Origin: Candidatus Thorarchaeota archaeon
GTDB lineage: Archaea; Asgardarchaeota; Thorarchaeia; Thorarchaeales; Thorarchaeaceae
NCBI GenBank assembly: GCA_046482545.1
Contig: JAWOEX010000038.1
Location: 16,240 to 80,239, forward strand
DNA length: 64,000 nucleotides
Direction of reading: 5' to 3'
Shown: positions 18,476-27,488 of the stretch, one piece after another
Layout: each line of letters starts with the position of its first letter
Numbering within the stretch: the stretch's first letter is position 1
Position numbers and translations under genes: made by a program
Notes under the pieces: model-generated
The model's input: the letters and a program-made list of their open reading frames with translations, nothing else
The model's database searches: none
What the model was told of the DNA's origin: nothing

Positions 18476-19831
18476 ATGTTGCTACGACCCGATGTCTGCA
18501 TTGTTGGCTCTGGAACAGCTGGATGTGTTACCGCTCGGCGTTGTTCCGAGATGGGACTGAAAACCTTAATACTAGAGAGAAAACCCAAGGATAAGATAGG
18601 CGAGAAGGTCTGCGGAGACGAAGTTAGCAAATCTCATTTCGAAGCAACAGGGGTCAGTATGCCGGATTCCGATGAGATATCAACAACCATTTCAGGGGCA
18701 GATATATTTCCACCATCACTAGAAAACGAGCTCCAAGTTCGGGGCTGGGTTGAATTCAATGGGTGGACTCTCAATCGGAAAGCCTTTGGTCAAAGGTTAT
18801 TGCACGAAGCACTTGATAGCGGAGCGGTAATCAGGACACGATCCCATGTTTTAAAGCCGATTATCCAAGGAAACAATGTTGTCGGAGTTCAGTACAGGGA
18901 TCTAAGAGAGGGTACTGAGAAGCAAGTCTACTCTAAGCTGGTAATCGACGCTAGTGGCTATCCGACTGCAATCCGTAGAAACCTCGATAGTGAAATGATT
19001 GAGAACAAGATAAACAAGGAAGATGTTGCATTCTGTTACAGAGAGATTTTGAAACTAAAAATGCCCCTCACAGAATCACATGTGGCGAGAGTGTTTCTTG
19101 GCAGTTCGATTGCTCCCGAAGGTTACGCATGGATTTTCCCCAAAAATCAACAGACCGTAAATGCTGGGATTGGGGTTACCGGGGGAGAGCAACTCAAATC
19201 ACCGAGAAAGTGCTTTGAAGACTTCAAGAATAGGTATCCACTGCTTGCAGGCAGCGAAGTCCTGACCGGAGCCGGGGGAGCAGTCCCGGTTAGAAGACCA
19301 TTGGATTCGTTAGTTGCCGGAGGTGTTGCTTTTGTTGGTGACGCAGCCTTACAAGTTAACCCAATCCACGGGGGGGGAATAGGCCCAGGAATGAGAGCGG
19401 GAATCATCCTTGGAGAAGTTGCAAAGATGGCGATTGCAAGAGGGGACCTAAGTCCCAGAGGTCTATGGCAATACAATATTCGATATCAAAGGAATTACGG
19501 AAAGCGGCTTGCCTCGCTTGAGATTTTCAGAAAATTACTTGAAAACATTACAGATGAAGAGATGGATTTTGGCTTCAAAAAACGACTCCTCACCGCCGAA
19601 GATTTGATGTCTGCCAACCGCGGGGAGGGTTTTTCGATTGGAATAGTTGATAAGATGAAGAGGCTCTTCCGGGGTATTTCTAAAATCGGACTACTTCGAA
19701 GGATTCAGAAAGCAGCCAGTCTCATGAAGCAAATCGAAAAGGTCTATAGCATGTATCCAGGGCATCCAGAGGATTTAGAGGAATGGAAGACGCAGATTAC
19801 CGAAATTCTCAAAGATGCCGATTTCGAATAA
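18476..19831 (+). CDS. Geranylgeranyl reductase family flavoprotein (DGGR-like)
   Basis: IVGSGTAG, KVCGD, GYAWIFP, VGDAA...NPIHGGGI. Confidence 0.85.
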   Translation: MLLRPDVCIVGSGTAGCVTARRCSEMGLKTLILERKPKDKIGEKVCGDEVSKSHFEATGVSMPDSDEISTTISGADIFPPSLENELQVRGWVEFNGWTLNRKAFGQRLLHEALDSGAVIRTRSHVLKPIIQGNNVVGVQYRDLREGTEKQVYSKLVIDASGYPTAIRRNLDSEMIENKINKEDVAFCYREILKLKMPLTESHVARVFLGSSIAPEGYAWIFPKNQQTVNAGIGVTGGEQLKSPRKCFEDFKNRYPLLAGSEVLTGAGGAVPVRRPLDSLVAGGVAFVGDAALQVNPIHGGGIGPGMRAGIILGEVAKMAIARGDLSPRGLWQYNIRYQRNYGKRLASLEIFRKLLENITDEEMDFGFKKRLLTAEDLMSANRGEGFSIGIVDKMKRLFRGISKIGLLRRIQKAASLMKQIEKVYSMYPGHPEDLEEWKTQITEILKDADFE

Positions 19832-19869
19832 ATAATGGTCTATCATTGAATTCCATTTTGGACCAGAAT

Positions 19870-20871
19870 TCATACATCCCGGATGCCATCTTTCTGTATT
19901 GTAAATACTGCTTCCCCTTCTGGCAAGTTAGGCGAATCGACAAGACGACATATCCTGCGCTCACCTTTTGATTTCCGTAGATAGCACCTAACCAAGGGTA
20001 CATGAGCCAATACGTGGCCTCCAACTGGGGCAGTCGGATCACCGAAAAAGGCATCAGGCCTTGACATAACTTGGTTTGTCACAAAGACCGCCATATTATT
20101 GATTTCTGATCCCCTTTGCAGATGATGAAGATGTTTGTTGAGCTTCTGCTGTCTTGCAGCAAGTGTACCTCTACCGGTATATTCAGCTCTAAAATGGCTC
20201 ATGACAGAGTCAAGAATCAGTAAGCGGGCACCCTTTTCCGGTGCCATCTCCATAGCCTGATCACACAAGAGTATCTGATGGTCGGAATTGTAAGCACGAG
20301 CCCATACAACATTCTTCAGAACCTCCTCCGTATCGAGACCAATTGCTTCAGCCATGTCCACTAGACGCTCTGGTCTAAAAGTACCTTCAGTGTCAACAAA
20401 GATGGCTGTTGCCTCCAGTCCGCCCTCTTCTCGCGGAAGCTGAACATTCACTGCGATTTGATGGGCCATCTGAGTCTTTCCAGACCTAAATGAGCCGTAC
20501 ACCTCTGTCAATCCTTGGGTTTCTATACCGCCTCCAAGAAGCTCATCGACCGCTTTTGAACTAGTAGTGATTAAACCAGCATTCTTACGCCTTTCGAGCA
20601 GCAAATCTGCTGTTTCAAAACCGATATCCAGCATTTCTCGGGCTGCCTTGATAATTTTCGTGGCAGTGGTTTCTCCAATCGAGCCAGCAGCAGCTAGTTC
20701 ATTGGGTGATGCAACAGCAATAGCTTCTGCACTCTTGAAACCTGCTTCGCGGAGACGCTTGCTTATTGCCGGACCAACACCGGGTAAATCCGTTAGTTCG
20801 ACATCCGCCAGTTCGTTTTCGTCTTCATCTTCCTCGAATTCCTCGTAATCTGCATCTTCATCTGGGGGGAT
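19870..20871 (-). CDS. radA: DNA repair and recombination protein RadA (probable ATC start at 20871)
   Basis: Walker [29 protein letters not shown]; the frame stays open 79 codons upstream of the listed ATG and encodes the acidic leader and HhH domain (LTDLPGVGP). Confidence 0.93.
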   Translation of the reverse strand: MPPDEDADYEEFEEDEDENELADVELTDLPGVGPAISKRLREAGFKSAEAIAVASPNELAAAGSIGETTATKIIKAAREMLDIGFETADLLLERRKNAGLITTSSKAVDELLGGGIETQGLTEVYGSFRSGKTQMAHQIAVNVQLPREEGGLEATAIFVDTEGTFRPERLVDMAEAIGLDTEEVLKNVVWARAYNSDHQILLCDQAMEMAPEKGARLLILDSVMSHFRAEYTGRGTLAARQQKLNKHLHHLQRGSEINNMAVFVTNQVMSRPDAFFGDPTAPVGGHVLAHVPLVRCYLRKSKGERRICRLVDSPNLPEGEAVFTIQKDGIRDV

Positions 20872-21105
20872 TGTAGGTACCTCCGGCGTGAGTAATTCTA
20901 CACTATGGGCTTATTAAGCTCAAGCTCGTCGCCACTGAGATGTTTGCGCTGCGAGTATAAAAATGCCACCAGTTAGAAAGAAACGCTTATCGCTGTCAAG
21001 ACGTCCTAGATTCCAGCCCCTTACACATGACAAGATTACAAGAAAAGAGCAACCCGCAAAAGTGAAATGTCTGTGAGTTACTCTAGACTAAGCAGAATAG
21101 AATTA

Positions 21106-21414
21106 TCAGCCCTCAGCCAAAGTAACTAGAATGAATTCTTTTTGTGGGGCGATTCGAATTCCACCCATATTAGTTTGTATCTGAACAAAATCCATTTCCG
21201 CTCCCTCTTCGACCTGACAGATGACTTCATTCGTTTTTCCTATCAAGGAGCTCAAGAGAGCCGAAAGCTCCTCTGCTCGTTCCATAGATACACCCCAAGT
21301 GTTGATTGGAAAGCCCTCCGGGCTAATAAAAAGGGCTGCGTATACATCGGGAAATTTAGTAGTTATGTTCTGAATGATACGCTCGAAGATTTCTCGTTTT
21401 GGCATTGCAGTCAT
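21106..21414 (-). CDS. Roadblock/LC7 (MglB-like) domain protein
   Basis: About 100 aa; AALFISPEGFPI and LSALLSSL pattern. Confidence 0.75.
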   Translation of the reverse strand: MTAMPKREIFERIIQNITTKFPDVYAALFISPEGFPINTWGVSMERAEELSALLSSLIGKTNEVICQVEEGAEMDFVQIQTNMGGIRIAPQKEFILVTLAEG

Positions 21415-21523
21415 TAGTTACACATCCAATACATTTTCATGGGGTAAGTTAATTGAACCACTGGGTTCTTATCTTTTTATCTTTGCCCTGATGTCATGGA
21501 GCGTACTAGTGTGTGAATACATC

Positions 21524-22147
21524 ATGAAATTTGGCGATGAGACAATGGAGCTCAAGGGTCGTAAGGTCACCTTAGCTAGGATAGTATCGCGATTAACAGC
21601 TGCTCCATTAATCAACTTTTACGCAGGAATCATAATATCAATTTCAACGTATCCTGCATTGGGGCCTATTCTAAACCCTTGGTCCAATATGATAATCTGC
21701 ACTCTATTGATGGTGATTGCTCCAGTAGCACCCATTGTCTTTCAAGCCAAGCGGGGAAAAGTAGATCTAGATGTCTCAAAACAGGAACAGAGGCTGTGGT
21801 TTTTTGTATTCGGAATTTTCTGCTATCTCGCTGCCTATGGTGTTTACTGGTTTCTCAATAGTGATGTCATGCGAATTCTTGCAGCTGCCTATGTGGCAGT
21901 CACAACGGGTGTCACCGTGGTAAATGGGTTCACAAAAGTATCTGTTCATGCCGCAGGTATCGCGGGACCCTCCACAGCTCTTATCTTTATGTATGGAATA
22001 CCAGCTTTGCCTGTAATAGGGCTATGGTGCCTTGTGGTGTGGGCACGCAGTATCCTAAAACAGCATTCTATCGTTCAGGGAATCATAGGTATTATCCTTG
22101 GTATGTCTATTACTGCAGTAACCTACTTTCTATTATATCCCCTTTGA
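21524..22147 (+). CDS. PAP2-superfamily-like membrane protein
   Basis: Six TM segments; KVSVHAAG and WARSILKQHS motifs. Confidence 0.6.
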   Translation: MKFGDETMELKGRKVTLARIVSRLTAAPLINFYAGIIISISTYPALGPILNPWSNMIICTLLMVIAPVAPIVFQAKRGKVDLDVSKQEQRLWFFVFGIFCYLAAYGVYWFLNSDVMRILAAAYVAVTTGVTVVNGFTKVSVHAAGIAGPSTALIFMYGIPALPVIGLWCLVVWARSILKQHSIVQGIIGIILGMSITAVTYFLLYPL

Positions 22148-22305
22148 TATAATATCTCAACAAGCCTTATGAAACAATTGTGACATATCATTATGTGGAG
22201 TACTAGGATTCAATGCTCTTGTATTTCATCATCCTTCCTCATATATCAGAATTGTCACATAGAGGCGAGGAGTACCTATAGTTAGAAATTGAGCGGTAGA
22301 AAACA

Positions 22306-23577
22306 ATGCCTGAATACATAACCTGTCCAGTTTGTGGCCGAAAAGTGAGGAAAGGATCTACATTTTGTATTGAGTGTGGGTCCCGGCTAGCAGGTGAAAA
22401 GAAACAAGCTGAGAAGAGAAGAGAGAAGTCCAAAGAAGACCAAAATCAAGAGGACGACCTAGCTGAGCTTGAAAATCGAATGGTCGGTTTATTGGGAAAT
22501 GAAAAAGCACTCTACGCGAAAGAACCAAGCGAACAGAGTAGACAGACACAATCTGCACAGGCAAGCGATACCGAAAGTCCGCCAAAGAAATCAGTAGGTG
22601 ATTTAGAATGGAAGGTAGGCGAGGAGGGAGAGCAAACAGTTGAACAAGAGCAATCACCAAGTGTCTCTACTACAAATGTCGTATCAGAGGCAGCTTCTGA
22701 GCAAATGGAAGTTGAATCAACTCATGATGATATGGGTCTTAGCTGGGATGCAGAGGATATTCCAGAGATGAGTGCAGATAAGGTAAGAGAAGGTATGCCG
22801 TTCACACAGGTTGAACCACCAGAAGTACAGGCATCTGGACCAACCCTTACCCCTAAGGAGGCCAAGGAGCACCTTTTCCCTGAGAAAGAGAGGTCTTCTG
22901 CTCGGGAAGCAGTCTCACACCTATTTCCACAAGGGCGAGGAGTAACAGATAACAACTTCATTGATGTTGTTGTGGGAAAACCTCGCAAAATCAGTGTCGA
23001 AGAACCAATGGAAGAGCTTGAACAGCCGACATGCCCAAACTGTGGAGTCGCCCTCGCATCAGATGGCTTTGAGTATCCACCTTATGTTTATGAAGCCATG
23101 GGGAAGGCCAGAATTGAGTATGGTGAGAATTTACTAGATGAAAAACAACACGCAGAGGCCATCGAAAGTTTCGAGAAGGCAAAGATGCTCTATGAAAGAG
23201 CTAATGATGAGAAGAAGATGGAGAAATGCAGAGAGAAGATAGATGAAGGATACGAGGCTATGGCCGAGTTTCACTATGATCAAGCCGAATTGCACAAAGA
23301 AAATCACGAATACGAATGGGCGATAGTTCAGTATAAGAAAGCCAGAGAAATTTACATGCTGACAACCAAGCGAAAGGAACGGGCAAAGTGCGCTGAAAAG
23401 GTAAGAGAGTGCTATGTTGAGTGGGGAGAAGAACTCGAAGAACGAGGGGATTATTTGGCTAAAGATGGCGGGACAAGAGAGGCCCTAGCCAAATACCAGA
23501 AAGCCGCTGAGAAATACAGACAGGGAGACGACAACAAACACCTGAAAGGCCTTGAGAAAAAAATCAGGGATGCCTAA
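22306..23577 (+). CDS. Zinc-ribbon protein with acidic linker and TPR/SNAP-like helical repeats
   Basis: CPVCG..CIECG, CPNCG; repeats AIESFEKA, AIVQYKKA, ALAKYQKA. Confidence 0.7.
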   Translation: MPEYITCPVCGRKVRKGSTFCIECGSRLAGEKKQAEKRREKSKEDQNQEDDLAELENRMVGLLGNEKALYAKEPSEQSRQTQSAQASDTESPPKKSVGDLEWKVGEEGEQTVEQEQSPSVSTTNVVSEAASEQMEVESTHDDMGLSWDAEDIPEMSADKVREGMPFTQVEPPEVQASGPTLTPKEAKEHLFPEKERSSAREAVSHLFPQGRGVTDNNFIDVVVGKPRKISVEEPMEELEQPTCPNCGVALASDGFEYPPYVYEAMGKARIEYGENLLDEKQHAEAIESFEKAKMLYERANDEKKMEKCREKIDEGYEAMAEFHYDQAELHKENHEYEWAIVQYKKAREIYMLTTKRKERAKCAEKVRECYVEWGEELEERGDYLAKDGGTREALAKYQKAAEKYRQGDDNKHLKGLEKKIRDA

Positions 23578-23595
23578 TAGAAAGATTTCGCCAAT

Positions 23596-24513
23596 TTACA
23601 CACTCGGTTCGAAACCTGTCAATCGCAAAATATTGTCATGAAAAATCAAATCCACATCTTCAAGGCTTAAATCCAACTCTTTTCTTAGCGAATCAACTGC
23701 TTCGTACTGCTTCTCCAGAATATTTATCCTGAAGCCACGAGGAAAGAACGACGAATCCGTTCCGAACACAATCCTGCATGAATCTCCCGCGATAAGAGCT
23801 CGCTCAAAGATTTTCCTCAGGTTGAGTGAATAGGGCAAGTATTTCATCCAACTGTTGCTACCAGAGCTATCCATGACTACGTTTGGTACCTGATACATCA
23901 ACATCAGGCATTCTCGGAAAAAACCAGCACCGAAATGAGCAATCATAAAGTTCAGTTCTGGATAATCTTGGGCGGGTTTTTGTATGTCCAAGGGATTGCC
24001 ATATCGGAGGTTGGCAGTCGGCCCAATAGTTATTCCAAAATGAAGTATCACAAGCAAATCCTGCTTGGCAGCTTCTTCGTAAATCGGATAACACAGGTCA
24101 TCAGAAGCATGAAAGTCCCAAGTGCTCGGGTATAACTTGATACCCTGAAAATCGTCTTTGCCCGCCCTCCGAACTCGCTCAACCGCGTCTTTTTCTGAAG
24201 GGTTTATGTTCGCATATCCCATAAAACGGCCCGGAAACCTCTGACGGGTCTCTAGAAATTCGTCCCATGTATTAGGGCTAATCATCATACCAATGGCTTC
24301 AACTCCATACTTGTCAAGCTCATCTATCCACATAGCACCGACATCCCATGGCTCATCAGGTAGTTCAAATGGCTCCATGTCGGTCCGGTATTTCAGCCGT
24401 TCCTGCATCCGCTCCACCCTATCGGAATCCGATAGCCATTCCTTCAACATATCATAGGTGAAGAAGTGCGCATGCGAATCAACAACTGGGATGCCTACGC
24501 TTGACTCTATCAT
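23596..24513 (-). CDS. Amidohydrolase family protein (Amidohydro_2)
   Basis: DSHAH, GIKLYP, ILHFG, IAHFG, FGTDS. Confidence 0.85.
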   Translation of the reverse strand: MIESSVGIPVVDSHAHFFTYDMLKEWLSDSDRVERMQERLKYRTDMEPFELPDEPWDVGAMWIDELDKYGVEAIGMMISPNTWDEFLETRQRFPGRFMGYANINPSEKDAVERVRRAGKDDFQGIKLYPSTWDFHASDDLCYPIYEEAAKQDLLVILHFGITIGPTANLRYGNPLDIQKPAQDYPELNFMIAHFGAGFFRECLMLMYQVPNVVMDSSGSNSWMKYLPYSLNLRKIFERALIAGDSCRIVFGTDSSFFPRGFRINILEKQYEAVDSLRKELDLSLEDVDLIFHDNILRLTGFEPSV

Positions 24514-24626
24514 TGTGAATCCTTATCCTAGCCAAATATGGTGATTTTTAATCTGAAGTCGAGCATATTAGGATTGTTAGACAGGTACTTCATGAGTACC
24601 AGCTGCCATTTCGAATAGACTGGTTC

Positions 24627-27488
24627 CTAAATCCAATCGCCTGTTTCTAGTTTAGCCGGAAGATACTCATCAGTGAGGTAGTTAAACCCATGACTTGCGA
24701 ACGCCTGTATCTCCGCTTTTTCTTTCATCTTGAGCATGAGCTCTAAGTCCCGTACCCATTCCTTGTTCTTCTGTACGAATGGCTCGTCCAACATCTGTTT
24801 AACCCTCCGAATGTCTGAGTCCTCCATCCTGATACGCACCGCTTTCGGGATTTTGTATTCCTCAAGATCACGGCTCAATACACCCAGAAGTTTCAATTCA
24901 GGAGTGGCAATGAATGGCGATTCATAGCTTAACCGTTTGCTGCCCCGCAAGAAGATGGAATATATGTAATGCCCATACGGGTCAGAGTCGACAAGTGCAA
25001 ATGCTGGAATCTGCAATTCCCTCACCAGCATCTTGAGAAAGGCACGTGTGGCTATGTCACCAGTACCCTTCCCAGTTAGAATGATACAGGGTTGACGCTC
25101 CCAATACTTAGCCTCAGCTAATCTCATCATGGCTGCGTCTTTCTCTGAGAGGATGATAAACTCAGCATCACTTTCCACAATTTCAACCTGATCAAGAAAA
25201 GGCGTAATAGACCAGCCACCAGTACCCATTTTGGTGAGATCCAGACGGTCACCACCATCTCGCAGCACAACTCGGCCCATAGCGGAACCTCGCGCTGAAG
25301 CAACAACGTGAATACTATCACGTGTAGTCTGGAGCATGGAAGCTACATCTTCAATTGTTTTGTCGCTATATTTCTGATCTCTGAAAAGGTTCACGTCACT
25401 GTAGAAGACTTCTCGTTTCGTAGCGTGGAGATTATCACGCAGCAACTCATATACGATTTCCATGACTCTAGCAGTTCGAGTTGCATCAAGAACTGATCCG
25501 AGTGAATGATAGGGCCGTGAAATCTTTCGGGTTCCTAGAAGAAGTAAATCGCGAACTTGATCCCAAACGATATTGTCGGCTGAACGGCTAGGAATCTCAA
25601 AGACTGGACGCCCGGTCATCATAGCTTCATCTAGGACGGTTCGAACTTCATCGACAAGCCGTTCGCTTGTTTCCTCAGCGCTCAGCGCCACGACTTCCAT
25701 GGTTTCACGAGTACGAGCAGATTCCTCTTTCTCTTTCTCCTTGGCCGCCTCCATCATCTGCTCGGTCTCTTTCCAAGACTCTACCATCTGATGGCGGAAC
25801 TGTCTTACTGAATCAGGTACGTCGAGACCAGAATCCTTCCGTATAATCGATTCTCTTGCCTCTTTCAGTTTCTTTACAGAAGTACTGACAATCGGGATGC
25901 GCGGGCCAGAAACAATCTTCATTCCCTGTTCTTCGACCACTCCACCGCGATCCACAACCTCCTTGGCAGTTTCGATGAGTTTCTTACCGCCTTTTTCTCC
26001 GATTCCATCTACATCCTTAGCCAAATCAGAAGGAGATGCTGACACTATTTTCGGTATAGTATCATAACCCTTGGAAATGAGATTTTTTGCGGTCTTCGGG
26101 CCAATGCCTTCAAGGTCAGTAAGTTCGACATCATCCAAATCAGCAGCATCGGCTCGTTCAAAAGCCACAGTTTGCGAAGCTAACTGGACCACCTTGTGGG
26201 CGCTCTTCTTTCCTATGCCTTCCACCTCATCGGCAAGTTCATCGGGGTCACAAGCTGCTAGTTCTGCTATTGAGCTATAGCCTGCTTTTTTGAGAAGATC
26301 TGCCGTCTTCGCACCAACGCCTTGCAAATCTACGAGGTCATAATCAGAGACTATCTCCTTTGCCTGTCTTAACCTAAAGAGCTTCTGAGCAGATGCCACT
26401 ATATTCTGAGCACCCTTATCTCCTACACCTGTAACGAACCGAGTGAGAGTCGTTGAATCTGATGTAGCAATCTTCTCGAGAGTAGCGTATCCAGCCGCTC
26501 TGAGATTCTCAGCAGTTTTCGCGCCCACACCATCTAATTGAATCAAATCAAAGGTTTCCTTGTCCTCTTCGGAGGGTCTGGGTCCTTTCGTCTTTGCAAT
26601 TTTCTTTGCTGAGGCAACTATGTTTTCGGCACCTTTCCTTCCTACACCATCTACTGAATCTGACAATTCGTTCGGCATGGTATCGGCAATCTTGAATACG
26701 GTATCGTAACCTGCTTCTCTGAGACTTTCTGCTGTTTTTGCTCCCACCCCATCAAGTTCTGTCAATTCATCGCCAGCAGCTTCTTTCTTGGCGGATTTTG
26801 GTTTCTTCTCTCGCCATAGTTTCCTTGCAGATTTCAACATCTGTTCAGATCCCTTCTTACCCACACCAGGAACAGAAACCAGTTCCTCTGCTTCTGCTTT
26901 TGCGACAGATTCTATGGAATCAAAACCAGATTCTATTAGGTTCTCCGCGGTCTTTCCCCCTACAGCGTCTAGCTGCTTTAGTTCAGCTATCTCTTTCTTG
27001 GGTTTTGGCTTCATCTTCCGCCAGAGTTTTTTTGCTGCTGCCAGAATCTGCTTTGCACCCTTTCTACCCACACCAGAAACAGATGCCAGCTCTTTCTCGT
27101 TTGCATTCGCAATGGCCTCTATTGAATCATAACCAGCGTTTATGAGATTCTCTGCAGTCTTTCCCCCCACACCATCAAGTTTCGATAGTTTGTTTATTTT
27201 TTCCATAGGTTTTGGCCTAATCTCATCCCAGAGCTTTGTTGCCGCTGCCAGAATTTGTTTTGCCCCTTTCTTGCCCACACCAGGAACAGAGGCAAGCTCT
27301 TTTTTATTTGCATTTGCAATGGCCTCTATTGAATCAAAACCAGATTCTATTAAGTTCGCCGCGGTTTTTTTTCCCACACCATCAAGTTCTGTCAGTGACA
27401 CCGTTGAATTCCTTCCGTTCTGTTCAGTCTTTGGTTTATCATGTTCTAGTAATGTTGATTGACGAAACTCAGGTCTCCCTGGCGTCAT
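24627..27488 (-). CDS. top6A: DNA topoisomerase VI subunit A with seven N-terminal (HhH)2 repeats
   Basis: 5Y-CAP TKREVFY; TOPRIM SEKDA and VDSDPYG; KAEIQA; start overlaps top6B stop (TGATG). Confidence 0.9.
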   Translation of the reverse strand: MTPGRPEFRQSTLLEHDKPKTEQNGRNSTVSLTELDGVGKKTAANLIESGFDSIEAIANANKKELASVPGVGKKGAKQILAAATKLWDEIRPKPMEKINKLSKLDGVGGKTAENLINAGYDSIEAIANANEKELASVSGVGRKGAKQILAAAKKLWRKMKPKPKKEIAELKQLDAVGGKTAENLIESGFDSIESVAKAEAEELVSVPGVGKKGSEQMLKSARKLWREKKPKSAKKEAAGDELTELDGVGAKTAESLREAGYDTVFKIADTMPNELSDSVDGVGRKGAENIVASAKKIAKTKGPRPSEEDKETFDLIQLDGVGAKTAENLRAAGYATLEKIATSDSTTLTRFVTGVGDKGAQNIVASAQKLFRLRQAKEIVSDYDLVDLQGVGAKTADLLKKAGYSSIAELAACDPDELADEVEGIGKKSAHKVVQLASQTVAFERADAADLDDVELTDLEGIGPKTAKNLISKGYDTIPKIVSASPSDLAKDVDGIGEKGGKKLIETAKEVVDRGGVVEEQGMKIVSGPRIPIVSTSVKKLKEARESIIRKDSGLDVPDSVRQFRHQMVESWKETEQMMEAAKEKEKEESARTRETMEVVALSAEETSERLVDEVRTVLDEAMMTGRPVFEIPSRSADNIVWDQVRDLLLLGTRKISRPYHSLGSVLDATRTARVMEIVYELLRDNLHATKREVFYSDVNLFRDQKYSDKTIEDVASMLQTTRDSIHVVASARGSAMGRVVLRDGGDRLDLTKMGTGGWSITPFLDQVEIVESDAEFIILSEKDAAMMRLAEAKYWERQPCIILTGKGTGDIATRAFLKMLVRELQIPAFALVDSDPYGHYIYSIFLRGSKRLSYESPFIATPELKLLGVLSRDLEEYKIPKAVRIRMEDSDIRRVKQMLDEPFVQKNKEWVRDLELMLKMKEKAEIQAFASHGFNYLTDEYLPAKLETGDWI
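25958..27395 (-). repeat. Seven tandem ~69-75 aa (HhH)2 coding repeats; the first three have a 207-nt period
   Basis: LxxLdGVGxKTAxxL recurs 7 times; ACCATCAAGT at 27171 and 27378. Confidence 0.9.

Noticed and set aside
20869-20903. BHB-like motif upstream of radA (GTAG-AAT...CTAC-AAT on the minus strand) as an intron that would supply a start codon
   Set aside because: There is no outer helix, and the predicted splice yields no in-frame start (it meets TAG).
25958-27395. CRISPR array or mobile-element repeats
   Set aside because: The repeats are in-frame coding units with a period of about 207 nt and no spacers.
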